Assembly: GCF_000007005.1 (NCBI RefSeq)
Contig: NC_002754.1
DNA from: Saccharolobus solfataricus P2
GTDB taxonomy: Archaea > Thermoproteota > Thermoprotei_A > Sulfolobales > Sulfolobaceae
DNA length: 64,000 bases
Direction: 5' to 3' (one strand)
Position numbers and translations under genes: made by a program. The notes beneath the pieces are model-generated. The model saw only the letters and a program-made list of their open reading frames with translations. It made no database searches and was not told where the DNA came from. Positions 1-10,692 of the stretch are shown one piece after another (position 1 is the first letter of the stretch; every line of letters starts with the position of its first letter).

Positions 1-143
1 AGAGATAGTAACGCTATTGATATTCCAAAGGATGATAACGATAGAGAAGTTAATCTATCATAATATGACGCTATTGATATTCCAGCGATCCCCATAAGCA
101 TTGTAAAGGAAATTGGTTGTCCAAAAATATCATCTAGCGACAT
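1..143 (-). CDS. Small hydrophobic/membrane protein, 5' part (runs off window start)
   Basis: Manual translation from ATG at 143: MSLDDIFGQPISFTMLMGIAGISIASYYDRLTSLSLSSFGISIALLS..., open to the window edge; AT-rich TATA-like stretch upstream. Confidence 0.5.
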   Translation of the reverse strand, partial: MSLDDIFGQPISFTMLMGIAGISIASYYDRLTSLSLSSFGISIALLS

Positions 144-238
144 ATTATTAGATAATAAAAGCTTTATCTTATACTTTGCTTTGTGGATTGCTTCAGAATT
201 GTACAAAAAGTTTATAGATTATTCGTTAAGTATTACCT

Positions 239-608
239 ATGGAAAAGAGTAAGTACAAGAGGGACTGGAGCAAGTACGACGAGAACGTCATAACTAGATA
301 TAAGTTGATGTTCCCCTTCTACGTATTCGAACATTGGTGGGACTTATTAGCAGAGGAGAACAGGAACGCTAGGACAAAGTATAAAGCTCCGAAGGAGTTC
401 AACGAATTCCTAGCCTTCCTCCACATCTTCCTACCTTACAGAGCAATAGAAGGAGTATTAAGAGCCTTAGAACAATTGAAGATCATCCCCACAAGCCTCG
501 ACTACTCAACAATATGGGAGAGAGTGAGGAACATGAACATAACCTTCCCCGAGACAAGTGACGAACTTGAAGTAATTGCAGACGCTACCGGCATTAGCAC
601 AAACACGG
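239..608 (+). pseudogene. IS5-family transposase, N-terminal half
   Basis: ORF 239..625 (KRDWSKY...LDYSTIW...IADATG); broken at 608 by the insertion. Confidence 0.85.
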
Positions 609-1821
609 GACGTTGTCCGATTTGAGCAAAATTAAAAATCATTATAATTACAGCATTTCAGATTATACTATTCTTCATTATATTCAAGTATAAAAAATAA
701 TATAATATGTATTAATAAGGGAAAATACAGATAATTGTACAATTTTGCAATAAAATTTGCCATAACAACAAGTAAACACGTAAACGAACCTCGTTTAATT
801 AACGAGTACCTTCGTCCTAATCCTCGTCGAAAGAATTTCGAGATCACGATAGAAGTTAAGGAAGAATACCTCTATAACCACTCCCCTTAAAGTTGTAGAC
901 GAAGCCTTACCTTCCCTAATCTCAACACCACTACCCTCAACAGGAAGCCTAGCACTACCAACACCCTTAACTAAGACGTCCTCCCTAAAAATCCAAGCCC
1001 TATCAGCCATTAACTTAACGTTATCAAATGAAAAGGCTAGATCACTCAAATTGGCCAATCCAACCTTGAAGTCCCTAACGAAATTAGTCCTCCTTTCCAC
1101 AAGATTACAGACCTTAAACCCGAAGTAGGACTTACCGTGCTTCCTACCCCAACTACCCTTATACTTCCTAAAGGCCGTGAAGTTCTTGAGCTTGGAAGTA
1201 GTATAACCCATGAGGAGAAAAACGTCATTGAACCCCATCTCCTTAAGGTCAAGTGAGATCTTCTCAAGACCGTTTTGAAGACTCCTCTTTCCGGGGTAGG
1301 CCTCACGGAAGAATGTGTCAATTATGTGGTAGTCCTCGAACCTATCGTTTTTTCTCTCCCAACTTCAAGTTCAAAGCCCTTTTCCCTATACTCGCTGATC
1401 GCCTTGTCCAAAGCCTTGTTTAACTCATCCATCAGTGTTGTTCTCATCGTCTCGCCCTCTTGAATAACTGTTTGTTGGAGTTTCTTGTAGAAGAAGAATA
1501 CTGTGCTCTTTGGTGGAACTTTCCCGCCCAAGAAGTCCATAAAACTCTTACTGTCCCTAATTTCTCCCTCCAAGTTATTCCAAGAGATGTCGAAAACGAA
1601 CTTGATTAGGAGGACTTTGAGGAGTGAGATGACGTCCCACTTGGGCTTCTTGGAGTAAAGGGACTTAAGCTTACTCCTAAACGTTTCCCAAGGGAAGGAT
1701 TTATCCACCTTGAGTAAGAGGTCCTTTTCAGTTGAAATTGCCTTTACCGTAATATTATCTCATCCTAATTTCTTATTAATATTACTCATGAATTGCCATT
1801 TTAATCAACTTGGATAACGTC
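609..1821 (-). mobile_element. ISC1212-like IS5-family element with frameshifted transposase
   Basis: 1213 bp; imperfect TIRs GACGTTGTCCGATTTG / CAACTTGGATAACGTC; 4-bp TSD ACGG (605-608, 1822-1825); transposase split into 1322..1708 and 795..1238; the start codon is ACG here but ATG in the copy at 35960. Confidence 0.85.
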
Positions 1822-1825
1822 ACGG

Positions 1826-2310
1826 GAGGACAATATATTGTTGCCAAGTGGGGTAAGACTAGGGATTCAAAATTCCTCAAGATCGAGATAGTAATGGACA
1901 ATAACGAATTCAACGTGGTAAACGCTGAGGTCACTAGCAACGAGGTTGAAAGTGTAAAAACAGTTAAGGATCTTCAAGATAAGGGAAAGAAGGTCAAGAA
2001 GTTTTATGGAGATAAGGCATATGACGCCAATGAGGTTTACAAGACCGGAGTTGAGGTTGTAGTTCCTCCCAAGAAGAACGCTTCTACTAAACGCCATCTT
2101 GCTAGACGTAAGGCTGTGCGTGAGTTTAGGAAGTTGGGTTATGATCGTTGGAGGGAGGAGAAGGGTTATGGTGTTAGGTGGCGGGTCGAGTCCTTGTTCT
2201 CTGCGGTGAAGCGTACTTTTGGGGAATCGGTTAGACAAGTTTTGCTGGAGTTGAGGCTAAGCTCAAGTTCTGGGCTTACGCGTGGATGGTTAACTTGGCG
2301 AATTCTGTAG
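1826..2310 (+). pseudogene. IS5-family transposase, C-terminal DDE half
   Basis: FYGDKAYD and WRVESLFSAVKR motifs in ORF 1810..2310. Confidence 0.85.
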
Positions 2311-2479
2311 TCGGTAGGGCTCTGGGTATTAGGGTGTAAGCTTGAGAAGAACGTTGAAATAAATATTAATTACTGAAAAATTAGTGTTATACAATATCGT
2401 TTTAATGAGACAAATTGAACGAATCAACAAAGTACTATATATAGAAAAATTAATAATCCATTATTAAAATTAATTATCT

Positions 2480-3973
2480 ATGCAGTCTACTAACCTTCTA
2501 GATGTTGCGACTAACGTTGCCACTCTAATGTTTAGAGCTAACCCTAATGCTAACTTCGTTAGATATCAGTCTCCATCTTTCCAAACTAGTATTTATAGTA
2601 TTTATTTAATGATGAAATTAGGCGATTTCAAATCAAATTTCATCAGTTTTTTCTCTAAATATTTTAGCCAAAATATTATTCTTACTATATGGAACTTAGT
2701 TAATAATTATGCATTGGATGATATAATTAGAATAATATTATATTCTATATTTATTTATACTAATTTACAAAATATTCCCAATACCTATATTCAGAAAATC
2801 AATAATTTCAGTAGTTTTCTATACTTTGCTCCAAAGTCTACAATTAGTGTAACTGAATTCCATGGCGGACTATCAAAATCTAGTAATTATTATTTTCTAA
2901 TTGATGGTAATAATTTACAACATCTTATGGCTTTTGCTGTACCAGGATCAGTACAAAAAATAGGTTTTAAGAATCCTGAGGTACTCTATAATGTCTATAT
3001 CAATGATATTTACGATAAATGTGTAGTCGAGTTCTCTTCATCTAATTCTGGTCCGTTTTCTAATATTGAAGTGTTTCCTGCAATAGATTTAGTACTTCCT
3101 TTCGATTTAAGAAGAGCCTCACGTAAACCTATAACTTATCTTAATAATTTCAATTTTAAATGGATAACTACGAACGAAATGAGTTTCTTGAGAAAACAGT
3201 GGACTCAAGTTTACATGCAAATGATAAATTCAATCAAATCAATCAGTTCTACTCTCAGCTCGTTATTAAAGTATCCTCCAATTTTTCCTAGCCTTTTAAA
3301 TATACAGATGGCAGGAATAAATTTCCCGTTATCATTTCTTATTCCTTACAATATTAACGCAAGACAGAAATCGTTAGAAGGATTAATGAAGGAGATTCAT
3401 CAAATTTGGATTATGTTACAGATAATAACTTACCTTAAAAATCAAGCTAGATTAAAACTATTGAATCTTGATTTTTCCCAGAGCTCCAGCAATCCAATAG
3501 CAATCTTTAGCTGTAATGGTCAAGATTGTTCGTTATGGTATGAGTTCGATATGAATCCACATACTATGTGTAGAGGGCTGCTGTGGAATTTAAATAGTGG
3601 TCCTTCTTGGTTGGAAAACTTTTATCAAAGAGTAACTAAATGTATTAATAGTAGTACAGTAACTTCTATCCCATTAAGGCCAGACATAGTAATATTGAGA
3701 GGAGCTAAGAACTGTCAAGATATATTATCAAATGGGCTAAGCGTAGAGATAGTAATAGAATGCAAAAATCAACAATATAAGTTCTGGAGTAATAATATAA
3801 AAACTCAGATTTTGCCATATAAATGTATTTTCAACCCTAATAAAATGATCCTAGCTTCAATGGAACAGATTCCAAACATAATCAAAACACAATTAAGTAA
3901 TAATGGTGTAATAGCAATAGATTTAGTTGAACCAAATAATAATGGAATAACACAATTGTTAAAATATATTTAG
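2480..3973 (+). CDS. Hypothetical 497-aa protein with C-terminal PD-(D/E)xK nuclease-like motif
   Basis: Long uninterrupted ORF in very AT-rich DNA; LRPDIVI...IVIECKN near the C-terminus. Confidence 0.8.
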   Translation: MQSTNLLDVATNVATLMFRANPNANFVRYQSPSFQTSIYSIYLMMKLGDFKSNFISFFSKYFSQNIILTIWNLVNNYALDDIIRIILYSIFIYTNLQNIPNTYIQKINNFSSFLYFAPKSTISVTEFHGGLSKSSNYYFLIDGNNLQHLMAFAVPGSVQKIGFKNPEVLYNVYINDIYDKCVVEFSSSNSGPFSNIEVFPAIDLVLPFDLRRASRKPITYLNNFNFKWITTNEMSFLRKQWTQVYMQMINSIKSISSTLSSLLKYPPIFPSLLNIQMAGINFPLSFLIPYNINARQKSLEGLMKEIHQIWIMLQIITYLKNQARLKLLNLDFSQSSSNPIAIFSCNGQDCSLWYEFDMNPHTMCRGLLWNLNSGPSWLENFYQRVTKCINSSTVTSIPLRPDIVILRGAKNCQDILSNGLSVEIVIECKNQQYKFWSNNIKTQILPYKCIFNPNKMILASMEQIPNIIKTQLSNNGVIAIDLVEPNNNGITQLLKYI

Positions 3974-4130
3974 CTATACTTTAAATTTTTGATTATTTTA
4001 TACTATTAAGACGTAAAATTCCTATTCTCTTTTTAACCAAATATTTATATTAAATCTCATATATCAGATTTTAACTAGAATATATTAGTATTTTCTACAA
4101 AATCCTTATCACTTAATGAATGAAAAGAAT

Positions 4131-5569
4131 CAGTTGTGTTTCACCAATTTTACTAGAAATGATGTAATTTCTATGGTAGGGGAAAATATCGAGTTATGGT
4201 TGTGAAAATCGGCTTATTTCAACATGATTATCAAAAAATTTTTAGATTAAACGAGAAGCATGGTTAAAAAGGAGTTTGTATATAGAGGGTAATATCATCT
4301 GTTTAGTATTATCAAGCGGGGAGGGGAGGTCTAGGGAGGAGGTGAACAGGAAAGGGTTAAAGCGAGGGACTCCATGACTCCGTTATGCAAGTTTATGAAA
4401 CGGGATTCAAAACGGAGTTGAAGTCCCTCGCTAGTTATTTCATCGTCAATAATCTTAACGTTATCTCCCAAGAGTTGGACACGAGGATCGCGGACGCAGC
4501 TCCGTTCCTGTTGACAGAGAACAGGGGAAAGGAGTACTTGAAGGTCGTTAGGGAAGGAGAGAAGGTGATGAGTCAAGGGGAGAGGAGCTTCAAGTTCTAC
4601 CCTCACGTGAAAGTTGAGGGAGAGACTACAATCGTTGCAGTGGACGAGACCGCGATAACCGTGGGGGAGAAGGAGTCGAGGAAGGTGGAAGGATTTCAAC
4701 TCTATAACGGGAAGAGGAAGGGAGTTAAGTTGAGGTCCGTGGACTTGGTGTTCCCCTTGAGGTTGTCCCTCCTCGAGGAGATAGCTGACTTGAGAAGCGA
4801 TACTCCCTCCCAGTTCCTGATGAGGGCCGTGAGCGAAGTTGCTCAGCACCTCAAGATAGACTACGTTGTTGCTGACGCGGGTTTCCTGAACTTGAAGGTA
4901 ATCAAGGAGATGCCCGTGAAGACCGTGGTAGGAGGTAAGACCAACCTGAAGGGCTTCAAGGAACTCTCCAACGTCCCTCTAACCGAGAAGAAATGCGAGG
5001 TAAATGACAGGGTTTACGTTGCGTATAGGGTCCTGAAGTACAATGACCTTTACTACTATGAAGTGATATACGTCAAGGAGAAACCCAGGCACTTCATCTT
5101 CGTTACCAACTTCAATGGAGATCCCTACAAGCTAGCTGAGCTCTACAGGTTGAGATGGCAGAGCGAAGAGGGCTTCAAGGTCAGGAAGGCCAGGATAAGG
5201 TACGTGAGGAAGTTAACCAACAAGATCTTCCTCTACCTCTATTACACTGTCCTAGATTCAGTGTGGAACCTCGTGAATTACCTCCTCTTCAACTTCAAGT
5301 CCACGAAAAGGAAGCCTCTCTCCTTCAACTCCTTCGTCAGGCTTCTCTAACTTCCTCGGCGTGCAGAGGACACTCTGCACGCCGTTCTAACCACGTGATA
5401 AAAATTCAGATTATCTCCCTTTAATCTGAATCTACACGTTATGTTTATTGCAAATAATGTTAATATGCTATATTTCACTATAATATCACTATCTTTCTCT
5501 ATATCAATTCCCTTTTGAAAGAATTAACACAATATCTTTCAAGTGAGATAATTTGGTGAAACACAACTG
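4131..5569 (+). mobile_element. ISC1439-like (ISH3 family) element, complete
   Basis: Exactly 1439 bp; TIRs CAGTTGTGTTTCACCAA / TTGGTGAAACACAACTG; 9-bp TSD GAAAAGAAT (4122-4130, 5570-5578). Confidence 0.92.
4385..5350 (+). CDS. ISH3-family DDE transposase
   Basis: 321 aa; VAVDET, VADAGF and YRLRWQSEEGFK motifs; paralogue of 62217..63182. Confidence 0.9.
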   Translation: MQVYETGFKTELKSLASYFIVNNLNVISQELDTRIADAAPFLLTENRGKEYLKVVREGEKVMSQGERSFKFYPHVKVEGETTIVAVDETAITVGEKESRKVEGFQLYNGKRKGVKLRSVDLVFPLRLSLLEEIADLRSDTPSQFLMRAVSEVAQHLKIDYVVADAGFLNLKVIKEMPVKTVVGGKTNLKGFKELSNVPLTEKKCEVNDRVYVAYRVLKYNDLYYYEVIYVKEKPRHFIFVTNFNGDPYKLAELYRLRWQSEEGFKVRKARIRYVRKLTNKIFLYLYYTVLDSVWNLVNYLLFNFKSTKRKPLSFNSFVRLL

Positions 5570-6256
5570 GAAAAGAATATACTAAAACTTCTCAAAATTA
5601 GTAGAGTAACTTAACTTCTCCCAATAAAAATAAAGAGATCAAAATATGATTAAATGTAGTAAAGTACTAAAACACATTAAAAATTTTACTAGAATCTTTC
5701 TTACCACAAGATGGTTATAGTTAGTTCTTTATGGGTATATTTTATTAATTAATCTACTACAAGGCTTCTATTTGCACTTCGTCATGTAAGATACATTTTA
5801 TAGAGAAATTATAATTTAAACTGTATAATTAGATTTTTAATATTAAAGAGAAACATTTTTAAGTTTTCTAGATTATGTATTAAAATATGGGATTGTTGAA
5901 TTTAGTAGTTAATGTAGCCCTTGGAGTTACAGAAGTTGTAAGTGACGGAGACCTTAATAAGGCAATCTCTTTTGTGCACCTTATATACTCAACTGCAAGT
6001 GCATCATACTAGGTGTCGTAAGGTAAAGCGGTAGATACTTTAGTAAGTTCGGCTGGTGTTGTCAGCTCATAATATCATTTACTTAAGTGATTGAATTGGA
6101 TTTAGTTAACACATTACCTTTAGTAAATCCAGACGACACTTATGTTATACTTTCAGAGACTTTAAAGGACAAGACTTTCTCCCTAACATACGGAAAGGCC
6201 TTTGTGTAACTTTAGAAATGTTGTTGCCCTTTAGACTATAAACAAGATAACTCTTT

Positions 6257-6752
6257 TAGCATTTATAGGAAAATCCTGACAGCTCAAGAGGCCCATAAAA
6301 ACTTTTTAAAATTAGAGCCTTTAATTTTGGTATGACCAAAGAGTCTGCGAGGAGGAGTACTATAAGGCATTGGAAAAGGCAGTTAACGAGGTCATACTAT
6401 CCATGACTGGAACGAGGAAGGACGTTGCCAAGAGGCTCGTCTTGGGAGTGGTTGTGGGAAGAAATGCTACCGAGATAGCTCAGGAGGCCGAGATGGACTA
6501 CGAGACCGTGCTGAATAACTTGGACAAGGCAGCTCAAGCCAAACTAATCGAGGTCGTGAAGAAGTTAGTCGGGGATCATCCTGTCCTTCTCATAATAGAC
6601 GACACCCACGACCACAAGCTCTACGCTAGAGCCATGCCGGTCTCCAGAAACGGGGCACAGATCTTCTACTGCAGGGCGCACAAGAGGTTCGAACCCGCGA
6701 TCCAACTCCTTGTGATTGGCGTCAAGGATCTGGTGAACAACCAGATCTACGT
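6257..6752 (+). mobile_element. ISC1217-like element, 5' fragment
   Basis: End TAGCATTTATAGGAAA identical to the SM2 terminus at 16871; transposase fragment 6332..6752 with early frameshift and IIDDTHD motif; truncated by the next element. Confidence 0.75.
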
Positions 6753-7080
6753 CAGTATGGGAATCTCATTTTTTGCGTAAAAAACGAGATGAATGAAATA
6801 CAGAAAAAGTTGAGAGGATGAGAATTTCTGTAGAAAAGTTTGTATATACGAGGGCGAACCTGAATGTATGAAGCATGAGAATACAACTAAACCGGCGAAG
6901 TTCAACCGGGACTTCGCCAGGTCTGCCCTCAAGATAATTTACTCGGTCCTCACTAAAATACTTTTCCCTGAGGAACTCCTCAGTGCCTTGCTTAAGGCGA
7001 GTGGGAGCTACTTGAGCAGGTTGGGAAAAGATGGGAGAAGAGCGTTGAGAAAGTTGAACGTTAGTATTTCCGGAAGGTTC

Positions 7081-7608
7081 TTAGACTTCAATTTTATCTA
7101 ATCCTAGGTATGTTATTGCATTAAGATTAAATCTATACTTATTTTCTTCAAAGAACTGTTTAATACAGTTTTTAACGTCTTCTATCGTATAGAATATTTT
7201 ATTGCTCATGTAGTTCTTGAGGGACTTGAAGACCGCCTCAGCCATATTAAGCTCAGGCGAGTAAGGAGGAGTAAACACGGGATGAATACCCTTCCTGCGA
7301 CAAACCTCAAGCGTACCCTTAGTCTTGTGAGGAGAGTAATTATCCATGACCATGTAAACCCTACCACTACCCACACGCCTCTTAAAGTACCTCAAGAAAT
7401 ACTTAACGGATTCAGAGTTAGGCCTTTTAGCAAGAGAAACCACTACTTCGCCGGTCCAAGCGTTTATAGCTAGAATAACATAGATTGAGGAAAAACCTAT
7501 ATTGACGCGCATTACGGGCTTACTGCCAACCTTAGCTAGAACCTTCTTAATTGACGTGCTAATTACTGTCCTACACTCGTCTAGAAAGAACAGTGCCTTT
7601 CTTTCCAA
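7081..7608 (-). CDS. IS630 transposase orfB (DDE domain)
   Basis: FFLDE, VMDN, PPYSPELNMAE motifs. Confidence 0.85.
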   Translation of the reverse strand: MERKALFFLDECRTVISTSIKKVLAKVGSKPVMRVNIGFSSIYVILAINAWTGEVVVSLAKRPNSESVKYFLRYFKRRVGSGRVYMVMDNYSPHKTKGTLEVCRRKGIHPVFTPPYSPELNMAEAVFKSLKNYMSNKIFYTIEDVKNCIKQFFEENKYRFNLNAITYLGLDKIEV

Positions 7609-7613
7609 TTTCT

Positions 7614-8066
7614 TTATTTTTTTTTAAAATCTTCCCACTTGTCCTTTTCTGCTTGGATGTTGGTAGGTCTGGGTTTTACTAGGTTGTATCCTAGTTCGTG
7701 GACTAGTTCGTATAGTCTGGATTTCTTGTATTCTATTCCTTGTTCTTGTAGTGCTATCTTGAGTGTTTTCATTGTCCAATATTCTTGTTGTATTCCGTAT
7801 TTTTGGGGCTTATCTTCCAGAATTTGTTTTATCTTTTCCTCTTCTACTTTTCTGGGTCTTCCTGATCTGGGCTTGTCCTTTAGTCCATCAAGACCTTCTT
7901 TCTTGTACTTGCCAATCCATAATTTTATCGTGGAATAGCCCTTGTTAAGCATTTTCGAAACTTCTTTCTCCGATTTACCGTCAACTACGTGCAGCTTCAC
8001 TGCAAGAATCCTCTCCTTAATTCTCGCGTTCTTCTCTTCCTTATAAGCTTGAACCAAATCTTGCAT
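7614..8066 (-). CDS. IS630 transposase orfA (HTH)
   Basis: HTH segment plus RSGRPRK and WT motif; ends at A9-TAA. Confidence 0.85.
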   Translation of the reverse strand: MQDLVQAYKEEKNARIKERILAVKLHVVDGKSEKEVSKMLNKGYSTIKLWIGKYKKEGLDGLKDKPRSGRPRKVEEEKIKQILEDKPQKYGIQQEYWTMKTLKIALQEQGIEYKKSRLYELVHELGYNLVKPRPTNIQAEKDKWEDFKKK

Positions 8067-8672
8067 AGTTCAATCTGGTAATACTAATCTATAAACTTTT
8101 CGGAAACACTAGTGGTTCAAGTTAAGGACGTGAGGGATGCGTTGAGGAAGATGGGGAGGATGACGTTAAGGGGAGTTAGGGACAGGAGGGTAGCAGTGGA
8201 CTTCCATGCCATACCTCAATACCACGCTAACAAGAGTTTCTTGAGTAGGATAAAGCCAACTAAGGGGATGTCGTGGGGACTGGTTCAAGCCGCGATCTTC
8301 CTCCTGGGGAGGACGAGGAGCTTCCTGGACGTGAGAGTGTCCGGAATGTAAAAAATTGAATTTTTATTGACAAGAATAAATTTGTTTTTAGCATTATCTT
8401 GGATTAAATTGGAGTAACACTTAAGTTATGGGAGTAGAGGGTAGTACCATGGCAAGAACATTAAGACACATACCAAACCTGATGTACTACCCTCTTCCCC
8501 CAATAGAGGATATGCCGTGGAGGGAAAAATGGTTAACGGAGATCAAGCCCGTGCTGGACGCCATGGATTTGGAGAGGGTTCTTGGCGAGGGCGCGCTGGT
8601 TTACCTGAAGTTGTTAATCGTCATGGTGCTCTACTCCTGCTCCTATAGGGACGCGGTGAAAATGGTCAACGT

Positions 8673-8751
8673 TAGTGCTTTCAGAAAGTTTATAGCTTTA
8701 GGCAAAGGATATACCACTAGATCATAGTCTAAGAACTTTTCCAAAATACTA
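8673..8751 (+). mobile_element. SM1-type MITE (79 bp, ISC1048-like ends)
   Basis: Ends TAGTGCTTTCAGAAAGTTTATAG / AAGAACTTTTCCAAAATACTA resemble ISC1048 ends; GT duplicated; removal restores ...VN-VNVV... of the host transposase. Confidence 0.88.
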
Positions 8752-9332
8752 GTGAACGTGGTCGTGGCCTGGTTCGTGGGGAGGAAGGTGGGGAAGAGCA
8801 CGCTGCACGACTTCGTGGGCAGGTTGTACGGGGTGAGGAAGAAGTTGTTGGAGATTTCCTTCAAGCTTGAGGAGAAGTGCCTACCCAGTTACCTCCCTGC
8901 GAGCGCGCATCTCGTGGACTTCATGGCGTGGCTAGTGGACTCCTTCCTACTGGACTTACCTCCTGGGAAGAGGAGCGTGGAGACCTTTCGGGAGAAGGCG
9001 GAGCTGGAGAGGAGGGAAGGTAACCTGGAGAGGGCCAGGAAGCTGCTCTCCCTGGGGAGAACCAAGAGGAGGTTCGAGGGAAGGTGGACCAAGAAGAGAG
9101 GGGTCTCGCACTACGGGCTTAAGGCCGTGGCCGTGATCTCCGTCTCCCTCTTCGTGAGGTCCATCACGTTGAAGCCGGCCAACTTCTCGGACAAGAGGTT
9201 CAAGTCACCGCTCAAGGGGATTAAGATCGCGGACAGGGGATTCTCTCCCTCCCCGACACAGCTCATAGCGCGAGAGAAGCCCTTCATTACCCTGAGAGCC
9301 CACGTGGAGTTCTTCGGCACCTACCTGAACGC

Positions 9333-10381
9333 TAGTGTTTCCGAAAAGTTTATAGATTAGTATTACCAGATTGAACTATGCAAGATTTGGTTCAAGCTTA
9401 TAAGGAAGAGAAGAACGCGAGAATTAAGGAGAGGATTCTTGCGGTGAAGCTGCACGTAGTTGATGGTAAATCGGAGAAAGAAGTTTCGAAAATGCTTAAC
9501 AAGGGCTATTCCACGATAAAATTGTGGATTGGCAAGTACAAGAAAGAAGGTCTTGATGGACTAAAGGACAAGCCCAGATCAGGAAGACCCAGAAAAGTAG
9601 AAGAGGAAAAGATAAAACAAATTCTGGAAGATAAGCCCCAAAAATACGGAATACAACAAGAGTACTGGACAATGAAAACACTCAAGATAGCACTACAAGA
9701 ACAAGGAATAGAATACAAGAAATCCAGACTATACGAACTAGTCCACGAACTAGGATACAACCTAGTAAAACCCAGACCTACCAACATCCAAGCAGAAAAG
9801 GACAAGTGGGAAGATTTTAAAAAAAATAAAGAAATTGGAAAGAAAGGCACTATTCTTTCTAGACGAGTGTAGGACAGTAATTAGCACGTCAATTAAGAAG
9901 GTTCTAGCTAAGGTTGGCAGTAAGCCCGTAATGCGCGTCAATATAGGTTTTTCCTCAATCTATGTTATTCTAGCTATAAACGCTTGGACCGGCGAAGTAG
10001 TGGTTTCTCTTGCTAAAAGGCCTAACTCTGAATCCGTTAAGTATTTCTTGAGGTACTTTAAGAGGCGTGTGGGTAGTGGTAGGGTTTACATGGTCATGGA
10101 TAATTACTCTCCTCACAAGACTAAGGGTACGCTTGAGGTTTGTCGCAGGAAGGGTATTCATCCCGTGTTTACTCCTCCTTACTCGCCTGAGCTTAATATG
10201 GCTGAGGCGGTCTTCAAGTCCCTCAAGAACTACATGAGCAATAAAATATTCTATACGATAGAAGACGTTAAAAACTGTATTAAACAGTTCTTTGAAGAAA
10301 ATAAGTATAGATTTAATCTTAATGCAATAACATACCTAGGATTAGATAAAATTGAAGTCTAAGAACTTTCCGGAAATACTA
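9333..10381 (+). mobile_element. ISC1048-like IS630 element, copy 2
   Basis: 1049 bp; GC duplicated; removal restores YLN-AFW; orfA 9378..9872, orfB 9835..10362; A8 tract. Confidence 0.9.
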
Positions 10382-10692
10382 GCGTTCTGGAGGCCCTACG
10401 GGACCACGACCTGGAGGAACGACGTCTTCCTTCACGTCCTGGGAGTGATCTACAACATCAAGATGTTCCTCGCGATCCAACGGAGGACTCCTCCAGGACG
10501 TAGAGCCGTTCAGCTCTGAGACGCGCCTCCTCGCGATCAGACAACGCTATGCGCGATAGGTAAATCCTCTCGTCTTGATATTTTTCCATTATAAAGTTTT
10601 TCTCGGTGATCCAGGTCCTATCCTTCTGGCAATATTAATATTTATCATTCTGTTTATCTATTCGTTCAGATAATTACATTCCGGACACTCTC

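Larger units (their letters stand above)
178..2433 (+). mobile_element. ISC1058-like IS5-family element, interrupted by an ISC1212-like element
   Basis: Imperfect 19-bp TIRs GCTTTGTGGATTGCTTCAG (178-196) / TTGAACGAATCAACAAAGT (2415-2433); removing 609-1821 plus one ACGG restores the frame ...STNT-GGQYIVAKW...; about 1.04 kb when rejoined; no matching TSD found. Confidence 0.85.
7062..8111 (-). mobile_element. ISC1048-like IS630 element, copy 1
   Basis: 1050 bp; ends TAGTATTTCCGGAA / CGGAAACACTA; GT duplicated on both sides; orfA 7614..8066 (HTH) and orfB 7081..7608 (DDE) joined by an A9 tract. Confidence 0.9.
6753..8332 (+). mobile_element. ISC1359-like (ISH3/IS4) element, 5' fragment interrupted by ISC1048
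   Basis: Begins CAGTATGGGAATCTC; ORF pieces 6868..7061 and 8112..8332 rejoin in frame (RKLN-VVQVKDV...VAVDFH); 3' half absent. Confidence 0.75.
8333..10692 (+). mobile_element. ISC1234-like IS5-family element carrying SM1 and ISC1048 insertions
   Basis: Perfect 19-bp TIRs GAGAGTGTCCGGAATGTAA (8333-8351) / TTACATTCCGGACACTCTC (10674-10692); ACGT on both flanks; about 1228 bp after removing inserts; transposase pieces from 8428 to about 10520 rejoin in frame (LVDS, IADRGF). Confidence 0.85.

Noticed and set aside
11-84. 17-bp direct repeat ACGCTATTGATATTCCA at 11-27 and 68-84
   Set aside because: Only two copies, and both encode GISIA in the minus-strand membrane ORF; not a CRISPR or regulatory repeat.
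5887-6012. 41-aa ORF (MGLLNLVVNV...) and surrounding weakly coding-like DNA
   Set aside because: Too short, with no recognisable motif; could be a decayed gene but cannot be supported.
8333-8351. Two unrelated ORFs both ending in VRVSGM, suggesting a shared tag
   Set aside because: Both run into the 19-bp TIRs of the same ISC1234-like element.
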